Positions 46,696-57,743 of a DNA stretch of 64,000 nucleotides are shown here, piece after piece. Every line of letters begins with the position of its first letter. Within the stretch, counting starts at the first letter, position 1. A program made the position numbers and the translations under genes. Source of the DNA: Eoetvoesiella sp. (GTDB lineage Bacteria; Pseudomonadota; Gammaproteobacteria; Burkholderiales; Burkholderiaceae_B); contig NZ_DATMGA010000028.1 of assembly GCF_035555955.1 (NCBI RefSeq), positions 106,402-170,401 on the forward strand. Direction: 5' to 3'. Under the pieces are notes generated by a model. That model made no database searches. It saw nothing but the letters and a program-made list of their open reading frames with translations, and was not told the DNA's origin.

Positions 46696-46950
46696 GAGTG
46701 GTGCATTATCTGTTAATTATCTATCTGTCTATGCAATGAAAAGCAATGAGGGTCATTTTCGCTTAAAATGAAAAGTATCGCTGAGTTAACCGACAACTTG
46801 CGGAGCGATGACAATGCCTGCGCGAACGCGCGGCGTTGCCTAAAACTGCTAAAGCGTCGCGCCCCGCATTCATGCCATTTGCTGTCCCGAGGTGCAACGC
46901 GTTCCGTTCAACCTCGTTAGCTGGAAATCCAGCTGTAAGGACGTATCGCT

Positions 46951-48114
<1,164 letters not shown>

Positions 48115-48176
48115 GCCGGCATAGGCAAGACGGGACACCGGTTTTTTCGGTTCGGATCCTGTTCTGCAACGGTTCA

Positions 48177-48212
48177 GAAGGGGCTGCCCGTTCGGGCAGC
48201 CCCTTCTTTCTT
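48177..48212 (+). terminator. Rho-independent terminator after metK
   Basis: GAAGGGGCTGCCC-gttc-GGGCAGCCCCTTC followed by TTTCTT. Confidence 0.8.
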
Positions 48213-48301
48213 GTTCGTGCAATGAATGAAGCCGGCATGGTTATGCCCGCCATGCCGTGGCGGGGGTGTTAAAGTCTGTTGTCGAGAAATTTTTCAAAGC
48301 C

Positions 48302-48529
48302 ATGAGCGACACGCCCGAATCTTCTTCGAACTCGTCTTCCGCCGATCAAAGCCGCAGCCTTGCGCCCAGCGACTCGCCGTGCGTGGCCATTTGCTCGACG
48401 CTGTACGACGAAATCTGCCGGGGCTGCGGCCGCACGGCCATGGAAGTGGCCAACTGGGTGTTTCTTTCCGAAGAAGAAAGGCTGGCCGTCTGGGCCCGCA
48501 TCAAGGCGCAGGGGTACCCGCGGCGCTAG
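48302..48529 (+). CDS. DUF1289 domain protein (YdhL-like Cys-rich)
   Basis: [28 protein letters not shown] matches the DUF1289 pattern SPCxxxC...CxGCxRT..E...W. Confidence 0.7.
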   Translation: MSDTPESSSNSSSADQSRSLAPSDSPCVAICSTLYDEICRGCGRTAMEVANWVFLSEEERLAVWARIKAQGYPRR

Positions 48530-48565
48530 CCCTCTCCCGCCACCAAACTACGCTACAATTTACCC

Positions 48566-48703
48566 TTCCTGAGGAGCGCTGCACCGGGATGCAGGCTGGC
48601 TTGGGGAAGCTTTCGGGCAAAGTCGTACTCGACCTTGCCGCAGGTTTCCCGGCGCCGCCGCCCGCCAGGCTCAGGACGGTTACTTGTTTGAACGGCGCTC
48701 ATC
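48566..48703 (+). promoter_or_regulatory. SAH (S-adenosylhomocysteine) riboswitch upstream of ahcY
   Basis: CCUGAGGAGCGCUGCACCGGG ... CCCGGCGCC ... GCCAGGCUCAGGAC ... AACGGCGCUCAUC. P1 CCUGAG/CUCAGG, P2 CCGGG/CCCGG and pseudoknot GAGCGC/GCGCUC can all be drawn. A TACAAT -10-like box lies at 48554-48559. Confidence 0.8.
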
Positions 48704-48777
48704 ATTCTCCTGCGTGCAGGCGAGGGTGGGCAAGATCGTTGCCGCTTCCGCTCGCGCAGGTTTATTGGGATATCACC

Positions 48778-50196
<1,419 letters not shown>

Positions 50197-50291
50197 TTAA
50201 TCCATCCGTTCGCGGATAGCCGGGCAAGGCAAGGGCCGGCGGGCATTTCCACCGGCCCTTGCGATTGTGCAACCACAAGGAGAGCAAGACC

Positions 50292-50627
50292 ATGGAATTA
50301 TTGTTGATCTGGATTCTGAACGCCGTTGCCCTGTTGATCGTGGCGTATATTCTGCCGGGAATTTCGGTGGCCTCGTTCTGGTCGGCGCTTATCGCCGCCC
50401 TGGTTCTGGGCCTGCTCAATACGCTGGTCAAGCCTCTTCTGGTGCTGCTTACGCTGCCCATCACCATTGTCACCCTGGGCCTGTTCCTGCTGGTGCTCAA
50501 TGCGCTGGTGTTCTGGTTCGCTGGCTCCATCCTCAAGGGCTTCCACGTAAACGGCTTTTGGTGGGCGGTGCTGGGCGCCATCATCTACAGTATTGTTTCG
50601 GGCCTGCTGTCCCGGTTGATAGCGTAG
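50292..50627 (+). CDS. DUF360 / phage holin 4_2 family small membrane protein
   Basis: 111 aa with 3-4 TM segments. LLNAVALLIVAYILPGI...LLNTLVKPLL is typical of the family. It is sandwiched between ahcY and metF. Confidence 0.7.
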   Translation: MELLLIWILNAVALLIVAYILPGISVASFWSALIAALVLGLLNTLVKPLLVLLTLPITIVTLGLFLLVLNALVFWFAGSILKGFHVNGFWWAVLGAIIYSIVSGLLSRLIA

Positions 50628-50692
50628 GCGGCTTGCGTTCAGCCTGTTCCGTTTGCAACGCCAGCTTCCTGGCATGTGTTAACAAGCGTTAA

Positions 50693-51544
50693 ATGACTTC
50701 GACATCCATAACTACAAAAAAGCCCATCAGCCTCGAGTTCTTTCCCCCGCGCGACATTGCCGCGCAGGAGAAGCTGGTTCGCACGGCCAAGCAGTTGCTG
50801 GCCCTGCGGCCCGAGTATGTCAGCGTCACGTTCGGCGCGGGCGGCTCGACGCGTTCGGGCACGGTCGATACCGTGCGCATGATGCAGAACCTGGGCTTCG
50901 ATGCCGCGCCGCATCTGTCCTGCATCGGGGCTTCGCGCGCCGACCTGTCCGAAATCCTGGACACCTACCGCCAGCAGGAGATACGCCGCATCGTGGCGCT
51001 GCGCGGCGATATTCCCTCGGGCATGGGCGGCGACCGCGGCGATCTGCATTACGCCGGCGATCTGGTGCGCTTCATCCGCGAGCACAGCGGCGACTGGTTC
51101 CACATAGAAGTGGCGGCCTACCCCGAGATGCATCCGCAGGCGCAAAGTTCGCGCGCCGACCTGACGCACTTCGTGGGTAAGGTCAATGCGGGGGCCAATA
51201 GCGCGATCACGCAGTATTTCTTCAATGCGGATGCTTATTTCGACTTCGTGAGCCGGGCGCGCGCCAAGGGCGTGACGGTGCCCATTGTGCCAGGCATCAT
51301 GCCCATTACCAATCATTCGCAGCTGGTGCGCTTTTCGGACATGTGCGGGGCGGAGATCCCGCGCTGGATCCGCCAGCGCCTGGCCGAATTCGGCGACGAC
51401 AAGGCCTCCATCAAGGCCTTCGGTCTCGACGTCGTAACGCGCCTGTGCCAGAACCTCCTGGACCAGGGCGCCCCCGGCCTGCATTTCTACACCCTGAACA
51501 ACGCCGACACCACCACCGCCATCGTCAACGCCCTGACACGCTGA
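50693..51544 (+). CDS. metF: 5,10-methylenetetrahydrofolate reductase
   Basis: SLEFFPPR, VSVTFGAGGS, ALRGD and GLHFYTLN motifs. Confidence 0.93.
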   Translation: MTSTSITTKKPISLEFFPPRDIAAQEKLVRTAKQLLALRPEYVSVTFGAGGSTRSGTVDTVRMMQNLGFDAAPHLSCIGASRADLSEILDTYRQQEIRRIVALRGDIPSGMGGDRGDLHYAGDLVRFIREHSGDWFHIEVAAYPEMHPQAQSSRADLTHFVGKVNAGANSAITQYFFNADAYFDFVSRARAKGVTVPIVPGIMPITNHSQLVRFSDMCGAEIPRWIRQRLAEFGDDKASIKAFGLDVVTRLCQNLLDQGAPGLHFYTLNNADTTTAIVNALTR

Positions 51545-51551
51545 TTCATTG

Positions 51552-51665
51552 AGCAAGCCGCGTCAGCGGCGCAGTGTGGGGGCCCTTTCGCCGTCGGGCC
51601 GCCCCAAGGCGAAAGACGCCCCCTCGGGGGGCAGCAAGCCGCGTCAGCGGTGCAGCGTGGGGGCC
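51552..51665. repeat. ~95-nt intergenic repeat, copy B (partner at 33673-33770), flanked by a direct duplication AGCAAGCCGCGTCAGCGG(C/T)GCAG(T/C)GTGGGGG
   Basis: Aligned by eye with copy A. The internal hairpin TTTCGCC...GGCGAAA is conserved. Confidence 0.7.
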
Positions 51666-52276
51666 TTTACCGCCCACCCCTTGTCGGTCAGTATCGAGTC
51701 CAGTCGCTCATCGTGCGGGGCCGGGGTGTAGTCTTGCCCCGACAGGTCGCCGCAGGCCCAGGCGATGCCTATGCTGGTAAAGGCATGCCCGCGTTCTTTG
51801 AACGCGGCCAGCGTGCGGTCGTAGTGGCCTTTCCCGTAGCCGATGCGGTCGCCCTGGCGGGTGTAGCCCAGCGTGGGCACCAGCACGATGTCGGGCAAGG
51901 GAGCCTCGGGCCCCTGGGGCTCGGCAATGCCGTAGGCCCCTGTCTGCATGGGCGTTTCCGGAGTCCAGGCGCGAAACAGCAAGGGGGCGTCGTCGCCGCT
52001 TGTAACCGGCAGCGAGACCTCGATGCCATCCTCCACCCACTGGGCCAGCAAAGGCTGCAGCTCGGGTTCCCGAGGCAGAGACCAAAAGGCGGCGACACGA
52101 CGCGGGGCCGGCCGGCCGGCATTTTGCAGTTCGGAGCGTGCCGTGGCCAGCCAGGTGTACAGGCGACCCCGGATCAACAGCGCGCCCCGGCGAGTGTCGG
52201 AAGGGGCCTGGGCGTTACGAAGTTCTTTCAAACGCAGGCGTAAAGACGCCGCGTTATTCTCTATACTGTTGGTCAT
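51644..52276 (-). CDS. 5-formyltetrahydrofolate cyclo-ligase
   Basis: About 200 aa. The C-terminal region GYGKGHYDRTLA is the MTHFS family motif, and LVPTLGYTRQGDRIG is present. Confidence 0.8.
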   Translation of the reverse strand: MTNSIENNAASLRLRLKELRNAQAPSDTRRGALLIRGRLYTWLATARSELQNAGRPAPRRVAAFWSLPREPELQPLLAQWVEDGIEVSLPVTSGDDAPLLFRAWTPETPMQTGAYGIAEPQGPEAPLPDIVLVPTLGYTRQGDRIGYGKGHYDRTLAAFKERGHAFTSIGIAWACGDLSGQDYTPAPHDERLDSILTDKGWAVKAPTLHR

Positions 52277-52301
52277 GGTCGATATTTTGCGGAATCCAGG
52301 G

Positions 52302-54455
52302 ATGTTATCAAAGCAGAGCCAACGGTATCAGAAAACCCGGAATCTTTCTGGCAAGGCTGTAGTGCGCCACGCCAGCCTGTGGCTGACCTTGTCCGCGGGC
52401 CTGGTTGGCTGCGCCGGCGCTGAAGCGCCGGTTGGCGCCAATGCAAGCCAGGCCGCCGAGCCCAGCATGCTGGTAGCCACCGATCCGGCCAAAGTCCCGG
52501 CGCCCAATGTGCCCATTGCCGCGCCGGCCCCCGTGGTCGCGCCGGCTCCGCTGCTGCCTCCCGCCATTTATCCGCCCTCTTCGCCGCAAGTGCTGCAAGC
52601 GCTGGCCGACGCTCGCGAAGCCATGCAGAAAAAGCAATGGGATCGCCTGGCCGCCCTGGCGCCGCAGGCCAAGACCGATCCTCTGCTGGGCTCTTATGCC
52701 GAATACTGGTTGTTGCGCAAGCAGGTTCAAGACCCGACCATGCCGGTGCCTACCGCCCAGTTGCAGAAATTCATGCAGGACAATCGCGACGACTACCTGG
52801 CCGACCGCATGAAGGCCGACTGGATCGTGGCCGCCGCGCGCGCGGGCGACTACGCCACCGTCAATCAGCTTGGCCCGGTTCTCAACAGCAACGCCCAGGT
52901 GGACTGTTCACGCCTCATGGCCCGGCACATGACGGGCGGCAAGGTCAGCGCCGACCAGGCCATGGAGGCCTTCCAGCCGGTCAGCGCCTGCTGGAGCCTG
53001 CTCAACGAACTGGTCGATCGCAACGTGGTGGGCTGGAAGAACCTGGAACCGCTTTTGCGGGCCACGCTGGAAACCTCCAAAACGGGCAATGCCCAGCGCA
53101 TTGCGGCGCTCATGTTCAGCGCCGGCGAAATGACTTCCTATGCGTCGCTCATGAAGTCCGCCAAGTCGTGGCTGGCCAGGCAGGGCGAACCCAAAACCCG
53201 CGCGCAGACCGAGCTGGTCACGCTGGCCTTGTCCCGGATGGCGCGTTCCGACGATCGCGACGAGGCCGCCGCTTATATCGAAAAGAACTGGGCGGGCGTT
53301 TTGCCCAAGTCCAATATGCAATGGGTATGGGGGCAGTTCGGGCTGGTTGCTGCCTTGAATGTCGATTCGGATGCCGTCAAATGGTATCGCCGCTCGGGCA
53401 CCGTGCCCATGACCGACTATAACCACGCCTGGCAGGTGCGCTCCGAGTTGCGGCAGGCCAGGATAGACTGGGGCCAGGTTGCCAAGGCCATCGAAAAAAT
53501 GTCCGTCGAGCAGCAGGCCGAGCCGGTGTGGGTGTATTGGCGCGGCCGGGCCCTGGCCGCCCGGGGCTTGCACGAAGCCGCGAAAAAGCATTTCGAGTCC
53601 ATTGCCGGCGAATTCGGTTTTTACGGGCAACTGGCCAACGAAGAGCTGGGCCGCAATATTCCGCTTCCGCCCGCGCCACAGCCGGTCACCAAGGCCGAGC
53701 TTGCCCAGGCCCGCAGCAACCCGGGCTTGCAGCGCGCCGTGCGCTTGTTCGACCTGGGATGGCGCCCCGAAGCCGTGCCCGAATGGAACTTCAGCCTGCG
53801 TGGCATGAACGACCGCCAGCTGCTGGCGGCCGCCGAAATGGCCAGGCAAGAGCAAATCTACGATCGGGTCGTCAACACTTCCCTGAAGACCACGTCGGAA
53901 ATCGATTTCAGCCAGCGCTTCATTGCGCCGTTCGAGGGGCGTGTGGCCGCAAAGGCCCGCCAGATCGACCTGGATCCCGCCTGGGTCTACGGCCTCATCC
54001 GGCAAGAGTCGCGTTTCATTACCGATGCGCGGTCCCACGTGGGCGCGTCGGGCCTCATGCAGCTCATGCCCGCCACCGCGCGCTGGGTGGCGCGCAAAAT
54101 AGGCATGAAAGATTTCTCCGCCTCGTCGGTCAACGATTTCGACACCAACACCATACTGGGCACCAATTACCTGAGCATGGTGCTCAACAAGCTGGACGGC
54201 TCGCAGGTGCTGGCCACGGCGGGGTACAACGCCGGACCCAAGCGGCCCGTTCAATGGCGCTCCACGCTTGGCGGCCCCGTCGAGGGCGCCATCTTCGCCG
54301 AGACCATTCCGTTTACCGAAACGCGGCTTTACGTCAAGCACGTGCTGTCCAACACGGTGTACTACGCCATGTTGTTCAGCGGCAAGCCGCAGTCGCTGAA
54401 GGCGCGGCTGGGCACCATTTCTCCCGAGCCGGCGACGCGCGTTGCATTGCCTTAG
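52302..54455 (+). CDS. slt: Soluble lytic murein transglycosylase (Slt70-like)
   Basis: Lipoprotein-like or signal N-terminus (LWLTLSAGLVGCAG), a superhelical N-terminal domain and the catalytic SLT motif GLIRQESRF...ASGLMQLMPATA...AGYNAGP. The start could be 52302 or 52275. Confidence 0.85.
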   Translation: MLSKQSQRYQKTRNLSGKAVVRHASLWLTLSAGLVGCAGAEAPVGANASQAAEPSMLVATDPAKVPAPNVPIAAPAPVVAPAPLLPPAIYPPSSPQVLQALADAREAMQKKQWDRLAALAPQAKTDPLLGSYAEYWLLRKQVQDPTMPVPTAQLQKFMQDNRDDYLADRMKADWIVAAARAGDYATVNQLGPVLNSNAQVDCSRLMARHMTGGKVSADQAMEAFQPVSACWSLLNELVDRNVVGWKNLEPLLRATLETSKTGNAQRIAALMFSAGEMTSYASLMKSAKSWLARQGEPKTRAQTELVTLALSRMARSDDRDEAAAYIEKNWAGVLPKSNMQWVWGQFGLVAALNVDSDAVKWYRRSGTVPMTDYNHAWQVRSELRQARIDWGQVAKAIEKMSVEQQAEPVWVYWRGRALAARGLHEAAKKHFESIAGEFGFYGQLANEELGRNIPLPPAPQPVTKAELAQARSNPGLQRAVRLFDLGWRPEAVPEWNFSLRGMNDRQLLAAAEMARQEQIYDRVVNTSLKTTSEIDFSQRFIAPFEGRVAAKARQIDLDPAWVYGLIRQESRFITDARSHVGASGLMQLMPATARWVARKIGMKDFSASSVNDFDTNTILGTNYLSMVLNKLDGSQVLATAGYNAGPKRPVQWRSTLGGPVEGAIFAETIPFTETRLYVKHVLSNTVYYAMLFSGKPQSLKARLGTISPEPATRVALP

Positions 54456-54534
54456 GGCCTGCGGCACCTGTCAAGGAGATCGCGTTGACGCTGGAGCTGG
54501 CTGAACGCAAGGCGCCCATGCCGAAGGAGGCTGC

Positions 54535-55680
54535 ATGAACAACTCCGCAGCGGCTGCCGACGCCGCCACCGCTGGTCTCGACGTCTATGTGGTAGGAGGG
54601 GCAGTGCGCGACGACTTGCTGGGCCTGCCGGCGGGGGATCGCGATTGGGTCGTGGTGGGCGCCACGCCCGAGGCCATGGCCGCGCGCGGCTTCATTCCCG
54701 TGGGCGGCGATTTCCCGGTTTTCCTGCATCCGCAAACCAAAGAGGAATACGCCCTGGCCCGTACCGAACGCAAGTCCGGGCGCGGCTACAAGGGGTTCAC
54801 GTTCTACACCGGCGCCGACGTCACGCTGGAGCAAGACCTGACGCGGCGCGACCTTACCGTCAACGCCATTGCGCGCGCGCCCGACGGACGACTGATCGAC
54901 CCTCTGGACGGACAGGCCGATGTACGCGCCAGGGTATTGCGGCATGTTGGCGACGCCTTCGTCGAAGATCCCGTGCGCCTGTTGCGCCTGGCCCGTTTCG
55001 CGGCGCGTTTTCACGACTTTTCCATCGCTCCCGAAACCATGGCTCTGGCGCGCCGTTTGGTCGAAGAAGGGGAAGTGGACGCACTGGTGCCCGAGCGCGT
55101 CTGGCGCGAAGTGGCCAAGGGGCTGGACGCTGCGCGGCCCGGCCGCATGTTCGAGGTGCTGCGGGATTCAGGCGCCTTGCCGCGCGTCATGCCGGGCCTG
55201 GTATTCAACGACGAGGTCGCGCGATACCTGGCATGCGCCGTGCAGCGCGGCCTGAGCCTGGCGGCGCGCTTTGCGCTGTTGTGCATGGCTTCGGCCGAGC
55301 CGGAGCCGATAGGCCGGCATGTGCGCGCGCCCAGCGGCTGCGTCGACTATGCAAGGCTGCTGCCGCAGGTTGTGGCGGCATTGCGGGCGGAGACGGATGC
55401 GGACGCCGCGAAGCCTTTGCCGCCGGCGCAGGGGTGGCTGGATCTGATCGAGCGCTGCGATGGCTTGCGCAAGCCCGATCGCTTTCTTGGCCTGATCGAT
55501 GCCGCGCTGTGCGTGCTGGAAGGCGTGGACGTTCAAGCCTGGGGCCGGCGCTTGCAGGCTGTGCGCGGTATCGATGCCGGCGCGATTGCCAAGGCCTGCA
55601 AGGGCGGGCCCGAACAAATCAAGGCAGCCCTGCGCGAGGCCAGGCTGAAGGCCCTGGCGGCAAGTGTGCCGCTTGCTTGA
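54535..55680 (+). CDS. cca: CCA tRNA nucleotidyltransferase
   Basis: [26 protein letters not shown] and [11 protein letters not shown] motifs. At 381 aa it is shorter than E. coli Cca. Confidence 0.88.
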   Translation: MNNSAAAADAATAGLDVYVVGGAVRDDLLGLPAGDRDWVVVGATPEAMAARGFIPVGGDFPVFLHPQTKEEYALARTERKSGRGYKGFTFYTGADVTLEQDLTRRDLTVNAIARAPDGRLIDPLDGQADVRARVLRHVGDAFVEDPVRLLRLARFAARFHDFSIAPETMALARRLVEEGEVDALVPERVWREVAKGLDAARPGRMFEVLRDSGALPRVMPGLVFNDEVARYLACAVQRGLSLAARFALLCMASAEPEPIGRHVRAPSGCVDYARLLPQVVAALRAETDADAAKPLPPAQGWLDLIERCDGLRKPDRFLGLIDAALCVLEGVDVQAWGRRLQAVRGIDAGAIAKACKGGPEQIKAALREARLKALAASVPLA

Positions 55681-55702
55681 TTTGCTCCGTGATGGCTGCC
55701 GT

Positions 55703-56491
55703 TCAGGCCGCCCCGCATTGCCGCGAGACGTGTAGCGCAAACTTGCGCAGTTCGGTGGCGGGTTGGCCCTGGGCGGATACGTCGAGCTGGTTGCTTGGGC
55801 CTATGACGTTGATCGAGGCGATCAGCGACCCGCGATGGTCGAGCAGCGGCACGGCCACCGAGCCGAATCCGGGCAGCTTGCTTTCGCGAACCGATGCGCA
55901 GCCGTTGCTGCGGACTTCCTTCAATATTTTTTCCACGTCGGGCTTGGCGGCCCCCATGCGCTTGTATTCGGCCAGTTCGCGGGCCAGGATTTCCGCATAG
56001 CGTTCGCGGGGCATGTACGCCATGAATGTGCGTCCCGTGGCCGTACCGATCAAGGGCACGGTCATGCCCAGCCGCAATTCGAAGGGGCTGCTGCGGGCCC
56101 CGTCCAGCTTGTCCACCACCACGGGGCCGAAGTCTCCCCAGACGCACAGGCAGGTCGTTTCGTGCAGAGCCAGCTGCAGCGATTCCAGGTGGGCGCGGGC
56201 GATTTCGAGCGCGCAGACGCGATTCATGGCAGAAAGCCCCAGGCGCACCGAGGTGGCCCCCAGATCGTAGTGGCCGCCGTCCCCCTTTTGCTGTATTAGC
56301 CCAAGCCGGACGAAGCTGATCAGGTAGCCGCGGGCCTTGCTGGTCGACATGCCGGTCAGGCGCGAGAGCTCGGTCAGCGAAAGCGCCGAGCCGGCGTCCA
56401 TCAGGGCGAAGATGAGCTTGAACCCCAGCTCCACGGACTGGATGCCCGCTTGCTTGGGAGGCGCGGTGGTTTTGGGCTTGGCTGGTGTCAT
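55703..56491 (-). CDS. IclR family transcriptional regulator
   Basis: N-terminal wHTH (SVELGFKLIFALMDAGSALSLTELSRLTGMSTSKARGYLISF) plus an IclR effector domain. It is divergent from the Rieske oxygenase gene. Confidence 0.88.
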   Translation of the reverse strand: MTPAKPKTTAPPKQAGIQSVELGFKLIFALMDAGSALSLTELSRLTGMSTSKARGYLISFVRLGLIQQKGDGGHYDLGATSVRLGLSAMNRVCALEIARAHLESLQLALHETTCLCVWGDFGPVVVDKLDGARSSPFELRLGMTVPLIGTATGRTFMAYMPRERYAEILARELAEYKRMGAAKPDVEKILKEVRSNGCASVRESKLPGFGSVAVPLLDHRGSLIASINVIGPSNQLDVSAQGQPATELRKFALHVSRQCGAA

Positions 56492-56544
56492 GGCGGTATG
56501 GGTGTCTGCCTGGATGAAGCCATGATTATCACCTAAATTTTTAC

Positions 56545-56574
56545 TTGACAGTATTGAAGTAGCTTAACTATATT
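56545..56574 (+). promoter_or_regulatory. Sigma70-like promoter (TTGACA - 18 bp - TATATT) for the Rieske oxygenase gene
   Basis: Read directly in the AT-rich IclR/oxygenase intergenic region. There is no experimental support. Confidence 0.45.
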
Positions 56575-56605
56575 GATAAAAAGAAAATGCCAAAGGAGAA
56601 CGACG

Positions 56606-57652
56606 ATGGCTTGGCTGCGCAATTGCTGGTATGTCGCCATGTGGGCCCAGGATCTCAAGGCCGGGGCCCTGGAGCCGCGCACGATCATTGGCGAGAACAT
56701 CGTGCTGTATCGCTGCGCGGATGGTTCCATAGCCGCCCTGCAGAACCGATGTCCGCATCGATTCGCGCCGCTGCACATGGGCAAGCTTGGCGCCGATGGC
56801 TGTACTTTGCGTTGCGGCTACCATGGCCTGGAGTTCGGCCCCGACGGCAAATGCGTCGAGAATCCTCACGGCGAAGGCCGCATCCCGCCGGCGCTGGCCG
56901 TGAAAAGCTATGCGGCGGTCGAAAAACACAGCCTGGTCTGGGTATGGATGGGCGATCGCGCGCCCGACGAAGCCGCCATCCCCGATTACTCGCTTCTGGA
57001 TGCCGCGGACCAAAGCACCACGAGCGCGCGCGATTGCCTGCAGATGGACGTCGACTATCGTCTCATCGTCGATAACCTCCTGGACCTGAGCCATGTTTCC
57101 TTCTTGCACGACGGCATTCTCGGCAACAAGGAAACCATACGCGCCGACATTCAGGCCGACGAGCGCGGCGATACGTTAACGGTCAGCCGCTACATGCCCG
57201 ACGTGCCGCCTCCCGAGCTGTTCGACATGCTGTTTCGCCGCGACGGCCGGCGCGTCGATTTGTGGGCGTCGATGCGCTGGAATGCTCCGGCCTGCCTGCT
57301 CAACGATGCGGGCGTCAAGGCGGTGGGCGACGAACGGCGCAATGGCACGGGCATTTTCGGCGTTCATATTCTGACGCCGCAAACCGAGCGTTCCACCCTG
57401 TATCACTTTGCGGCGGTCAGGCAGAACCCCATCGCCTTCCCTCCCGACGAGGCCCAGGGCATTGCCCGGCGCCTGACCGAGTTGCGCCGCTATGCCTTCG
57501 CCGAGCAGGACGAGCCCATGATCCGGGCCCAGCAAGCCGTGATCGATGGCGCCGCCGAGCCCCTGGAGCCGGTTCTTCTGCCCATCGACGTGGGGCCGGT
57601 GCGCTACAAGCGGATTCTCGAAAGATTGATTCAGCAGGAAGCCCTTTCTTGA
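56606..57652 (+). CDS. Rieske [2Fe-2S] non-heme iron oxygenase, VanA/phthalate-family alpha subunit type
   Basis: The ATG at 56606 gives MAWLRNCWY. Rieske motif CPHRFAPL...CGYHGLEF and the mononuclear Fe region DNLLDLSHVSFLH are present. Confidence 0.85.
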   Translation: MAWLRNCWYVAMWAQDLKAGALEPRTIIGENIVLYRCADGSIAALQNRCPHRFAPLHMGKLGADGCTLRCGYHGLEFGPDGKCVENPHGEGRIPPALAVKSYAAVEKHSLVWVWMGDRAPDEAAIPDYSLLDAADQSTTSARDCLQMDVDYRLIVDNLLDLSHVSFLHDGILGNKETIRADIQADERGDTLTVSRYMPDVPPPELFDMLFRRDGRRVDLWASMRWNAPACLLNDAGVKAVGDERRNGTGIFGVHILTPQTERSTLYHFAAVRQNPIAFPPDEAQGIARRLTELRRYAFAEQDEPMIRAQQAVIDGAAEPLEPVLLPIDVGPVRYKRILERLIQQEALS

Positions 57653-57743
57653 GCGGGGACGAAGGCGCAAGCCTTGCCCCCGAAGCATGGAATCGGGTGA
57701 AAAAGCCGCAACACTGGCAATACAACGACAACGGAGACAAAAC

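Noticed and set aside
48226-48777. N-terminal 184-codon extension of the ahcY ORF in the track (656 aa)
   Set aside because: The extension reads through the DUF1289 gene in another frame and through the SAH riboswitch. Adenosylhomocysteinase similarity begins at the ATG at 48778.
50292-50627. A phage holin family protein, with a lytic transglycosylase 1.7 kb away, as a prophage lysis cassette
   Set aside because: No other phage genes are present. The DUF360 gene is embedded in the ahcY-metF methyl-cycle cluster, and slt is a full-length housekeeping Slt70-type enzyme. The family name is misleading here.
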